Shown piece by piece: positions 13,097 through 33,018 of a stretch of 64,000 nt of DNA (positions are counted from its first letter, which is position 1; every line of letters begins with the position of its first letter). A program made the translations under genes and the position numbers. The DNA lies in NCBI GenBank assembly GCA_051362555.1, contig CM120647.1:14918651-14982650 (forward strand), in the 5' to 3' direction. The DNA is from Lingula anatina (Eukaryota; Animalia; Brachiopoda). A model generated the notes under the pieces. It worked only from the letters and a program-made list of their open reading frames with translations, searched no databases and was not told the DNA's origin.

Positions 13097-16000
13097 CTAT
13101 TTGCCTGGAAGAATCACACCATCATACTGGAAGATAAAAGAAAATAGTACAACATAATGATATCATATAAATATACCGTCCTTAGCATCATTGTCGGAAA
13201 TGCAAGTCAAACAATGGACACAATTATTTTTATTACGTTTTCGCCAAAACGTCACATTCAATTATTTTACTAGACTTTGAAGTGTTAAAATAAAGGGACT
13301 ATCAAAAGTAAAAAAATTCAAATCACAATATCCCCCCCCCCCCCAAACAAAAAAAAAGAAAAAAAAAAAAGTAACATCCGGTTTGAGAATCAAGTGTTGT
13401 AATACTCCCAAAGAAGGTTAGCGTGGCAGAGAAGAGGCATATTAGCTCGTTCATTTTTCAACTTTCCACTCATGTCCAATGGAGGTTTGAAAATTAAGAA
13501 GCTGCCCACATCGCACCAAAGACCATGCTTAAGCAACGCACCTTCTGTTGGAACCACTTCATGGCCTCGTCTTTATTCACTCGGTGCTTGGCGCCAATTC
13601 TGGTTTTTCTGGCTCTCCTCCATCCCACCTTGAATCCTGGTTAATAAGTATAATAATAGTCAATAAAGGTGTTAAAGAAATCAGGCACTAACCAAAGGCA
13701 ATTATTCAATTCAGAAAATCCACTGAAAGGAAGTCATCTCTGATGCACACTTTCAAACACTATGGAACCAGAAAATTTGCTCAAATATTCAAATGTGACA
13801 ATGTTCAAATAAGTTAAGAACAAAATACCTATGAGAAATGTCTATTTAACAAAATTTGTTGGAGATAAACAACAATTCAACTCATGAATGCCTGATGTTG
13901 TTCACATTCTTTAGCCAAAATCAATCCTTTTCACTGAATCAGTTGCTATGGTAACCTACCAGGCCTTCCCATCACCACGTAGAAGTCCATGCCATAAATG
14001 CCAATGCCTGGGTCGTACTTGATGCCCAGATCAATGTGTTCCTGAATGCCAAAGCCAAAGTTGCCATTGTCGGAGAAGTTGCCCCTCCTCAGTTCGTACT
14101 CACGCACCTAAAAAACAAAGATACAAGACTGAAAATTCTATGAATTCTACTGTCAAGAGGCACCATTTCTGAAAGCTTACCTATCTTTACCTGACAAGTG
14201 AAATTAAGGTTCTTTTGCACCCTGCCTGCGTTTTTAAATATTAGGCATAGTGGTAATCACTCAGCATACACTCAGAGAAAAACAGAGGAGAAACAAAATA
14301 TCTAATAGTCCTAATTATCTATTAAATGATTTCAGTATTTCATGCACACAGATTACAACAAATGTGATGTATTAGCATTTGTAGCAGGGGTGGAGGTCCA
14401 TTTACAGAGCACTGAATCTATAACGGATCGTTACTTTTTTACTTTAATCAGACATTTCTTCTTGTACCTCTCATAACAGTATCACACCAAGCATAGAACA
14501 GCCAGGCATGTGTTGCAAAAGAAAGGCCGATTTCTCTTGCACTCTTTAAGTCAAGTATTCTGATACAACCACCAGGTACCTGTGCCAAAGAATGCTTCCA
14601 AATATTTTTTTCTGTTATCTGATCATTATCTGTCTGGAACCAATTGCTACAAATTCAGACTTGACTTTCGAAGCACTACTTCACAGTAATAGTTTTAACT
14701 AGCCTAAGATGTCATCACTATCATTAACATCTTATGGTAGAGGAAAACTTAAAAACATGTGAATACAACACTTTTGACCTTGAATAATTTTAGGTGGGGG
14801 GGGTAGGGCTGTAGGTTTCTCATCATTTCAACACCAGAAGTTCTACTGAGAACAATGAATTTTTGTCCTTGGATTTATGACACCGAGTACTTAGCAGAAT
14901 GAACTCACTTTCAATCCACGCTCCAGGATCTCTTCTGCCTTGGGACCTCGGACTGTGCAATGCACGGCAATCTTCTCGTTTCTTCTGATACCGAAGGAAC
15001 GCACAGTGTAACGAGCTAGATGAGGGGAGAGAAAATAAATATACATCATTGGCATACCTGTGGGTAAGCAAAGCTAAAGCTCTGTTTTTCAATGCTGATG
15101 TTCATGTGCCTTTCGTAACAGTATCACATCAAGCACCTCCCAGCCTGATGTGTGTTGCAAAAGAATGGCAGGTTTCTCTTGCACTCTTTAAGTCAAGTAT
15201 TCTGATACAACCAACCAGGTACCTGTGCCAAAGAATGCTTTCCCATTACAACAACTGTGTTTTCCATTATCTGTATATCATTTCCTTGTCTGAAGAATTA
15301 ATTCAACCCAGACTTCATGGTAGCACAAAAATATAATTTTGCTTTAACCAAAAAGGTTTTTTTTTAACAAATTAATAATAGACTGCCCCAAACACTCAAG
15401 TATTTGTCCATTTAAAGAGCCCCCACACAGTTTCTATACCCACCCCCCATACACATTAAGATTCTATACCCAATCCATAAATTCCATTAACATTATTACA
15501 ACCTCCATTTGAAAAGAAGAAATCTGACACAAGTGGGTCAACTTCACCCCTGTATGTGGACCCAGGTATAATCCCTGCCGTGCCTACCTTTAGAGAAGAC
15601 TGGCTGTTGTCCCGTGAGCTGTTCCAGCACCTTGGCAGCACGTGTCAGTCTGTCACCAGACTCACCAACACATATATTCAGGCACAGCTTTCGAATGCGC
15701 AGCTCGCGCATGGGGTTGTTTTTGCTTTTATCTTCCTTCTCCCCCTGAAAAAATAAGGGTATGTATTATGTCTGAGTGTACCGATTGGGTGAGATTAGGG
15801 GAAGGATACACAATATGATGTCATTTTAAATATATTCAACTATTAAAGGATTTGTAACTAAAGTCAAGATTTTTGATTAACGACGAGTTACTCTTTGTCA
15901 TGCGCTTCATAATTGGCCATGCTTGTTTGTAACCTATCCAAATGTCAAAACAGACTGCATAATGTTGATAAGTGGTTATGCAGAACTGAATATTTCAGTA

Positions 16001-16634
16001 ACCATTTCAGCATGATCATAAATGTATGTTCTCTTATCACTACAACCATCATTTTCATCGAACCTGTGCCTCGCAGCGTTTTGCACAGGAAAATTATATT
16101 CAATCATTTGAAAAAAATGATCTAAACAACTAGATGAAAGCTGTGAAAATGGACAAAATTACAGTACCCGTTGTAAAACAAATAAACCTCATGTTAACTT
16201 GATCATGAACAACGAAAGCCACGTTCACAAGTGACTGAGACACCGACGTTGGTGTGCAAGATTATCAAATACCGTTTTCCAAAAATGTTTCGACAGTTTG
16301 CGTTGCCCCTTAATTACTCGGCATCTGTCAAATACAATATGCGTAGGTATTGCTCAAGTTGTCACAAACATTTTAGATAGTGAACTCATTGTTTTAACCT
16401 CGCATTTAATTTTGTAAATGCATATTTTCCATCAAATCTTGCATGTTGTGAGTCCGCATATAGTCAAGGTTTAAAGATATTTAACCGCCAATCTATTTAA
16501 CATTAAAAGACAAAGTCACGAGGACATATAATCCTCTATCTATATGGAGGGGGTAAATATACAACAAGACTGTTACAGGGCAGATGGCAATAGATTTATT
16601 CTTGCATTAGTTGGATTGGAATGCTCACCGCCAT
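13097..16634 (-). CDS. RPL11: 60S ribosomal protein L11 (uL5), 6 coding exons
   Basis: Exons 16629-16634, 15588-15744, 14909-15015, 13960-14107, 13542-13636, 13097-13126 give [78 protein letters not shown]...[17 protein letters not shown]. Confidence 0.98.
13942..13955. promoter_or_regulatory. Near-perfect RFX X-box in RPL11 intron 4
   Basis: GTTGCTATGGTAAC fits consensus GTTNCCATGGNAAC; abuts the splice donor. Confidence 0.5.
14460..14597 (-). ncRNA. Box H/ACA snoRNA, copy A (RPL11 intron 3)
   Basis: Hairpin GCATTCTT..AAGAGTGC, H box AGAGAA, hairpin GCCTTTC..GAGAGGT, then ACA plus 3 nt. Pockets TGGCAC/GACTT and TTTGCAAC/TACT are complementary to conserved 18S rRNA sequence. Confidence 0.85.
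15102..15240 (-). ncRNA. Box H/ACA snoRNA, copy B (RPL11 intron 2)
   Basis: Paralogue of 14460-14597: identical H box and guide pockets, pairing-preserving changes in the 3' hairpin (CACATC/GATGTG vs CATGCC/GGTGTG), ACA-TGA end. Confidence 0.85.
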
Positions 16635-16984
16635 ATTGCCTGCTTGAAAGAGGAAGTCAGTTGCATTGTGGGAGTCGAAAATCACACTTACTCTCGCGAG
16701 ATGACGGAATGTTTTGAGTTTTACAAACCTTCATATCTCATGTTTGTTCTGATTTATAGTGAAATATCGTATATTTTGTACTATTTTGTCTTATTCAACT
16801 ATATATATAATACACTATATGGTCTTTGGTACTCAAATATAGCGTTATTTAAAACCTTGAATTTTAGTCACGTGACCATCTAACGAGAATCTTTCATAGC
16901 AACTACAAAATAGTGAGAGAAGCCGACAGCCAAAAGACTAAGGCTGTATATATTTGTTGTTCGTTCTAAAAGGTTTCAACCAAG
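16635..16984. promoter_or_regulatory. Bidirectional promoter RPL11 / DRC1
   Basis: ATGs 350 bp apart. TCT/5'TOP motif CTTCCTCTTTC (minus, 16646-16656); TCTCGCGAGA palindrome 16692-16701; E-box GTCACGTGAC 16867-16876; X-box half-site CATAGCAAC 16895-16903. Confidence 0.75.
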
Positions 16985-24721
<7,737 letters not shown>

Positions 24722-27700
24722 ACAAGAGGGGGCCGTCCAGTGACGGTGGAGTCACGTGATAGTCACGCTGCAGTCACGTGGTTGTCACATGATTCACACT
24801 AAGTGTGCTTTGCTGGAAAAATCAGGGAAGGAACTTGGGCATGACTTTTTTATGTTATTTTTCTTTTATTATATTTTGGCTGTAAATTGTGATGTAAAAG
24901 TGACCATTTTAGTCCAGAAGTCTGATGCTGAAAAGGATTTATTTGGGATTCTTGAAAAAGAAAAAGAAAAAATCAGAAGTTTTTAAAAATATTTATTTTA
25001 CTTCTTTTGATCTCAGAATATCAAAGATATAATTGAAATTGTATTCAAAGATAAGGAATCGATGTTGAAAAAAAAAAGGGAACAGAAACGTGGCATAAAG
25101 AAACGTGACACAAAGGACTTGTCCAGATGATTATAATAAATATTGCAAATGATGTGTATATATTTATATATTTGTATAATAGTTTAATATGTAATGTCGT
25201 ATGTACATTACTGAATTAAATAAACAAAACACAATGATCAATTTCTGTTTGTTTTTTTTTCCTCCCAAAAGATCAAATATTTATCGTACTATTTTAATAT
25301 AGCATGCAGAGACTAGCCTGAGAGTTGCACTGATGAATATGACACGGAAGTAACAATTTATCTTGCAAATACGATAATAATTTGTCATCTACGTGAGGAT
25401 TTGAGAAGTCTTACTGTTCCAAGAAAAGTGAACATGTAGCCGAACGTATGAATTAGAGTGAGCGGAGCTTTTTCATCATATTAGGATACCTTGGGGACGC
25501 AAGTCTGCCGGTTAATATTTTCCCTCGCCGCACATTAATCGCCTGCAAATTTTATAAAAGTCAATGGAACTCCTTCCCTGGTCACTCGTTCATTTCTGTA
25601 ACTACAAATAACAAGAAGACACTGCTCCCATAGGAAGTATATGTTATTCATGTCGCCACCGCACATGTGTTCTCAATATTATTTACACTGTATCATTACT
25701 AGGAGAATGCTATATCTTTAGATCATAATTTTTTAAGTTGGATTCTGGCTATATCCCCATTACTTGACAGCCATGATCCGCTGGAGAGATTATTTTAGAC
25801 AGATTGTTCATAATTTCATAGGCCCTAAATTCGAAAAAAAAAAAAAACATTATTCTATCAATCCATATTCGTGATAATAATAATAATAATAAATGAATAA
25901 ATAAATAAATGAAGAAAAGAAAATATCTTAGTCAATAGGAATGCAATATAAAAACACAGGTAAATATATTTTCAAATAAACTATTTATAAACCCGCTATT
26001 CAGACCGGAACAACACACGTATAGTCATTTACCTGTGGGAATGTTTACACGCTGAGTTGACCTGCACAAACTTTGTACTGTGCGTTCAGATTATCAATGA
26101 GATTGTAGGATTAGTACGTTACTAACGTGTATAATATGTCTGAGATAGATTTGACTGTTTAAGGGTGACGTGACACATATATGCAGGTGATCCACTGGTA
26201 GTTAATGTCGTAGTACTGCTGGATCATCGTGACTTGTACAGTGTAGACTGTTTAACTCGTCTTGTGCCTAGGATCCAATATTATGATGGTTTCTAGGCTG
26301 TGGTAACTATCGCTACAAGGTAGTTTATTACACTTCAGCATATTACTTGGGTACAGCTAAGATCAAGTGGATCGAGGAAGTATACGGTGTGTAAACGAAT
26401 TCGTTGAGACATATAGACCCTAAGGCTAGAGACCCTATTGCTACATGCGCCATAGGCAATCACGTACTGCAGCAGTCACGTAAAGAGTCCGAAGAGGGGG
26501 CGCTCTACGACGTTTAAGTTATCAGTCGGGAACAGAATCCAAGTGACATTTAACTTGAAGATACAAATCATCATATAAGTGAATTAAATCATGACAAGCG
26601 CTGCTTAACGCTGGCATAAGCGGTCGCCAATTTGGGATTTCTTAATGAATTCGTTTGGCTGATTTGGGAATGGATGTCGAGTGATATTTCGGAGCGACGA
26701 CTAAAACCAACCAGCATAATACGCTAGATCTAGAGCAGTTTAACTGTGGGTTTTCTTTAAAGCTGTGCAAGTGCTGAAAAACGGTGTTCTGATATCAGAT
26801 GTACCGGTGTCACAGCCATTAGGTAAACGTGGACTGATTACAAGGCCAAAAGGAGTAAGCTTATTAAAAGACCCTTCTCCATCGTGGGTATCGTTCTTTG
26901 GCATATTAATTGGCCGTGTCTCCTAGCGTGGGGACTACACAGTGGAGATTTGTGTCTGGACTTAGTTGTAACGACCACTTGAGTTGTAACCATTTAAAGA
27001 ACAGAATACCTGTAGATACGTGTTTTTAAAAGACGCGCTGTTGGTGGAATATACAATACGTTCGTCCCATATCTTACGAGAGGGCTGTAGATTTGGTCTC
27101 TCGCATGGAATCTTATTTACGCCGTCATCCTTGCCACAATTTCGGGTAATTCTATACACAGGAAGAAAGTCTACCGTAGGTGGTTAAACTGTTGCTTGGG
27201 GGAAATCACCAGAATTTTGTTGGATGTCGAGCAATTGTTTAGTAAAATTGACAGAAGTGAAGAGCGGTTAAAGTCAAGAATTGAAGTGACTCTTCTCACC
27301 TAGAAAGAAAGAGGACTGATTTTATTATCCTTCTGCCTACCAGTGATATATAGGCTCATATGATATAAATCAAGGTAGGCTTAAGTGTTTGTTTATATAT
27401 TATCCATTGTTTAGTAACTATAAGGAAAACGTCACAAACAACCTATAGATGGTCGTGGATGTTTGTTGTGTACGGTAGTTATTTAACAAATACCAGCAAA
27501 ATTGGTTGAATTTTCCAAAACAATATTTGCCGGTAATATATCAGTGGGGACGATTATCCGAGATTGAAAAAATACGACGTGGAATATGTCTAAAAACAAT
27601 TTTGTTAGTTACTAAGATCAAGAGCCTATCTCGATAATGATGATTTTGAGGTGTCTCAAAATTATGACTTATTTTTTCAAGTAATGTTTTAGGTCACGCA

Positions 27701-27921
27701 GTAAATGGTCAACTTATTCAATACGACATATCTAGTCTTGACCCCTCCCCCCTCGCCCCGTCGCCTTTCTACACGCCTCTATACGCCTATCGGCAAGGTA
27801 AAATCCTAGGTCAATCAGGGCCTCCACGTGCACCCACCCCTCCACCATCCACCCTTGCACGAAAAATCCTTACTGAACCTGACCTATTGGAAAGCATGTG
27901 GGTAGCTCTGCTCTGCTCTGC

Positions 27922-27952
<31 letters not shown>

Positions 27953-28389
27953 CCCCCCCCCCCCCCTCTCTCTCTCTCTCTCTCATACACACACACAAGT
28001 TGTGTCCGCAAGTTAACTTCAGGAGCCATATAAATAACTTACAGTACAAACATACTAAATGACTGAATAGAGCGGATCAAACGATATCATTACATGGGTT
28101 AGTACAGTATTAATATTAAACATTAATTAGGCCTAAGGGAGCGAGACTCTCCGATCGAGCTTGCCTAACTTTCTGCTTCAAAAAAAAAAAAAAAAAAAAA
28201 AGCAATGGGCTTGTTTACTTGTGCTGTGTTTGATCGATCGAACATGTCGGGGCATCATCTTTACATTAAAAGGGCAATTCGTCTTCATCACGCATAGATT
28301 TCGATGCCGAGTCGATGTCTTTGATCTCCACATACTATTGTACTGTAACTAAGACAGAGACGTACTTTTTAGTAGCCTCCAGGATCCCC

Positions 28390-28611
28390 CTCCACACACA
28401 CAGATACACACAATCGACACGCATACAAGCACGCACCCCCCCCCACACACACACATGCACGCAAACCCCCATGCATACACGCAAACACACACCCCTCCCC
28501 ACACACACGCACAAATAACACGCAACCCCCCACACGCACACAAACACTCAATCCACACAGGCACACACACGCACTTTTCCCCACACACGGAAACACATAA
28601 ATACACACACA
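28390..28611. repeat. Degenerate CA-rich low-complexity tract
   Basis: Imperfect (CA)n/(CACG)n; source of several spurious ORFs. Confidence 0.85.
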
Positions 28612-28841
28612 TTAAAGGGAAAAAAGCGACTTGAATTGGAAACGAATATCGCATTGAGATACATGCATTCCTCAAACTGCTTAAGGGACAATTTGTATGG
28701 ATCATTTACGACGCTGTGCGCCTTCTTTTGTGTCTGGATCGATACGAATTTGAGATTTTGAGAGAAACACTATTCTCGATCTACACTCATTGGTATTCAT
28801 TGGTATCTTCGAGAAATGAGGATAATTTCGTTAGATTTTAA

Positions 28842-30659
28842 ATGTCGCAGGGAAACCAAGCACGGCGGGTTTCCTATCGACCGGGAATTACCCCGAGTCC
28901 GCAGGATGTCAGAGAGCCAAGGGGACAGACTGATACAGGATGTGAGTTTCTGCTCATTTCCTAGAAAACTTCTCAGATTCCAGGCCTGTAGCTAGCAATT
29001 TCAAAGTGAGGGATATTTTTCTGAAAAAGTGGACCTTTTACAATGTTTTGACTCTTTTTCTGAAAAAAAAAAGATCTTTACACTCCCCGGCCTTGTTGAC
29101 CTAACATAAGAAATGGTATACATCGGGTATAGAACCTGTAGATCAAATTTTGTATCTAAGTGTGGATCTTTTTCGGTCAAATGGCGGTTATAAGAGTCTT
29201 TTTTCACCCCCCCCCCCCCCCCCCACACACACACAGAACACAAACGCTCGCGCACGCGCGAGCGCAAGGGCCTATTGTAAATTGTATTGTGGTGCATTAT
29301 AACAATTTTTGTTTGTATATTACACGTAAATGTATAATATAAGGAAATGTATGAAATAGAAGGAGCTATTTAAGAAATAAACAAAATATCATAATATGTT
29401 AGGCTAATATGACGTGCACGCGTTGAAAACCGGGGTGGTTCGAAAAGAGAAAAACATGAGAAAAGCCAGCTTCTCTCTTTATCTGACGGCAATCCGGGAA
29501 ATCAAAGGAATTTGGTCCTTGAATGAGTATATGATGGGAGCACGACTGCCGTTGTGAGTATATTGCGGCTCTAATTTGTTTTTGATGATGATGATGGATT
29601 AAGCGTGTGTTTCTATCGTGTGTATGTACATGTATGTGCGGTAGTTCGTGTAAGAATAGCCATATGGCTGCGTTGCACTAACACGTGGACAATTAACGGA
29701 CTTGTAGGCGAGTCCTCTATTGGAGAATCGAAAGAATCTCCCAAAAATGTCCAATAAATCTGAATTCCATTTCGTGGGTCAACTAAGGAGGAAAAAAGTT
29801 CACATTTTCACAAAAAGACCGCCCGTCCCTCTATTTGTTATGTTATGATTGCATTGTTATTTTTATATTCTATACACCACCATGTCCAAAATATGCTTCA
29901 TACAGGTGAAATAAAAAGTAAAAACAAAACGTAGATGATTATAATATATATCTAGGGTTAAAATCTTGTGATGATATGTTTTGTTTCCCTTGGCGTTTTT
30001 CATGATAAATTATTTAAAGCAAATGTATTCAAATAAATGAGTTTATTCGGATATTTCCATAATGTAAATACCTTTGATAAACACATTTTTTCATAGAGTA
30101 AACAATGAATAAAATAAAGTACTAATGCGAACCTCCTTAAAAGGCCATCATAAATTCCTTGTGAGATAAAGCGCCTCCAGATCTAGGAAACTGAGAAATG
30201 TCACCAGGAAATTGTGTGGGAAAAACCGATATGGAGAAAGAAGACCGCGAGGGATTAGTTCATGTTACCGTTGCCAAGTTAACCTGCACTTCCCAGTACA
30301 TAACATGCGAGATCGTTATTGAAAGTGAAAGGAATACCACAGAGCATCGGGAAAGTGTTTCTTTAACACAAGACTGCAGCGGCAACGCCATTTTTTTCGC
30401 TAAGTACATTAAGAGCGTTGGTGTTCATCTTAAATTAAGCACGCCTACGATAGGCCCTCACAATGGTTATATTTTTAAAAAGACGCGAAAACAAAATAAA
30501 TTGCTCCAAATTAACATGTACAGTATTTGTTTAATCTAGCGCATACTGTATGTTCATCAAGACATTCCCTCGTTTTTACGTTCATCAATAGTTTGTGCGA
30601 TTTTTTTCAGACGTATACAAATCGTTGGCTACAAAGCAGGCCTACTCTGGTAATCAGTG

Positions 30660-30691
<32 letters not shown>

Positions 30692-31071
30692 AAGTGATTT
30701 ATTACAATAATTTCATTTCTATTTCAGACTACACGCCAGCACCATCGATGGGGTACAAAACATTCATGTTGATATGTATGAGGGCCACTTTCGGCCGACG
30801 CTTCCTTCTCCGATTAGAGCCGAAAACGTCACAATCCATAAAGCTCCGGTGGGGCGTCCCCTCCGGGCTGACGAATGGCCGATATCTCGTGCAATATCGC
30901 GAGATCGGGACTAAGGAGTACCAGAGCATGCAAGCGGAGGGTAATAACTGTATTGTAAGCGGTCTGAAACCTGGGATTACCTATGAGTTTCGTGTACAGG
31001 TGATTCATGAAGAGAACGAAGCGGACAGGGTTTGGAGCAAGACCAAATATGCCAGAACCCTTCTGAGATAA
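28842..31071 (+). CDS. Small (160 aa) protein with a single C-terminal fibronectin type III domain
   Basis: Exons 28842-28941, 30611-30649, 30728-31071 splice in frame (phase 1, 1). FN3 signature SIKLRW..YLVQYR..VSGLKPGITYEFRVQ. No signal peptide or TM segment seen. Confidence 0.75.
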
Positions 31072-31363
31072 AAATGTTATTTTTCAATTGAATTTGGTGA
31101 GAACTTATCTGTTTGCCCCCCCCCCTTTTTTTTTGGGGGGGGGGGGGGGGGGAGGGGGGGAGAAACATAAGGGCAGGATGAAAGAAAGGATTCTTGAAAG
31201 TGCTCATCAAGTGATCATGTAACTCTGAATTTTTTGTAAATGTGATTCATTTTTCAAATATTTGTGGAAGAGCATACATTTTAACGTGAGTAGTTTTGCA
31301 TCAGAAAAAAAATATGCGAGGAGGAAAGATTACATTTTCTTTGGCGCACGGCAATACTTTATC

Positions 31364-31534
31364 CAGGGGCGGACGGAGGACGCGTCTTCTAGGGCATCCG
31401 GAAGACGGTCAGAATCTTTAAAGTTTACCATGACGGGCATCTAATTTTTCTGTCAGGAGACAGTCAAAATTGGAGGATGGATCAATAAACATAATTTGGA
31501 AGAGTGTCAGAAAATATCTCTGGATCCACCCCTG
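31364..31534. mobile_element. 171-bp MITE with 5-bp TSD (hAT5-like), copy 1
   Basis: Termini CAGGGGCGGA..GGATCCACCCCTG; TSD TTATC on both sides; homologous to 48850-49018. Confidence 0.85.
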
Positions 31535-32401
31535 TTATCTAAAACGTCATCATATGGAATATTATATTCGTATTAAGATGAAAAAACGGATATTGGAAGA
31601 AAGACCAAAATAATCATTTTATTGAAAAATGTTATCTGTGCTTTTATAATTCTTTTCTGAAGACTGAACAGTTAGCAGGTTTTGCTATACCACCTGGTTC
31701 TGTTAAATAATCAGATAAAAAATCGTTAAGCGTCTAAGCGAAGGTTATGGAAGAGTGTGAAGCAGAGGATTTCATTTTTAACTCAAGTGTCAACCAAATA
31801 AGTAAACAAGAATAGGATGATAAACAACGTAAAAATAATAATGATATATAATTATTATAAAGTAGGCCTAAACAAGAACACGGCCAATAGTTATCTTTAA
31901 AGTTCTAGAGAAAATTCCCTTTTTTGGCATTTTAATTTGCTGTGCATGGTAAATCCCCAGAAGACATTGAAGTTTAAGGGGGAGATGTACCGGGTATGCG
32001 CTTTTAAAACAGTTTCTAATTATTTTGAATAAAACGTATCGAAAATTATGCGGGAACTACTTATTTATTTATATTTTTATTTATTATGCTGTTTATGTCT
32101 TATTGCACGAAATGGGCATTTTGATTGACTTTAAAAAGTCACCAGTAAAAAAAAATCTTTGCCATAAAAAATTCAAGCGCATTGAGGTCCTTGCTGAGCT
32201 ACGATTGTGACATTGTGTTAGATGCGCCCCACATAAAGCCAAGACCATGGTCACATGATTTCCAAAATGGCGACACCCACAAGGTTGCCTTGGGTGGCGG
32301 GCAATCCTTAAAGAAACACTCTCTGATTACTCATCGGCACGCTTAATGGCAAAGAAACACCCCCATTTTAGTTCGCTTATCTAAAGTGAGCTGATACTAA
32401 A

Positions 32402-32977
32402 ATGTCGGACGACGAAAGGTAGGTATACAGATAAATAGAATATAGTTAGCGTTGAACTGTGCTTGCTGCAGACAAAAGTTCGCGCGATCTCTTCAAGTTC
32501 AACTAAGGTGTTGAGGCGATAGGTTGGTTGGTTTTTAACTACTAATAGCCCTCCCGGCACGAGCGCGTGATACTATTTGACCCTCGCGTGATATAGAGTC
32601 TCCTCGATTATATCAGTCGTCATACAGTACCGGCAGAGATATAATATATATCGTCAGGGGTTAATGTTTAACTTGGGTCTAAAATGATAAAGATTGATTG
32701 GTGGTTAGCAAGGCGCGCGACGCTTTATCTGTTGGCCTCATCTTCACCACTGCCCTCTGGTGTACGCCCTCTCAATAGCATTAGCCTGAAGACTATTTTA
32801 TCTAACACGTCAGATTTTATTTAACATGTATTAGTATATGCCAGATTTTTCTTGGGGGGGATGGAGTGTCTTCTAGCCTGAATGGTATCTGAGATGTGAT
32901 TGAAAAGGAGGTGGTAGTGAATAAGTAGTGAAGTCCCTCTAGAGCTCACCCCTCCTACATGCACACACACACACGCG

Positions 32978-33018
<41 letters not shown>

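Noticed and set aside
14655-14718. Possible C/D snoRNA in RPL11 intron 3 (GTGATGA..CTGA, minus strand)
   Set aside because: No terminal stem, and the 8-nt 18S complement (TCGAAAGT) is not positioned by the D+5 rule; would need snoscan.
26400-27300. Relatively GC/CpG-rich non-coding stretch between DRC1 and the FN3 gene
   Set aside because: No ORF, RNA motif or TE termini identified; probably promoter or UTR of the FN3 gene, but unsupported.
28315-28705. Cys/Val- or His/Thr-rich ORFs (also 6986-7168, 7403-7594, 32821-33027, 52566-52901)
   Set aside because: Microsatellite read-through, not genes.
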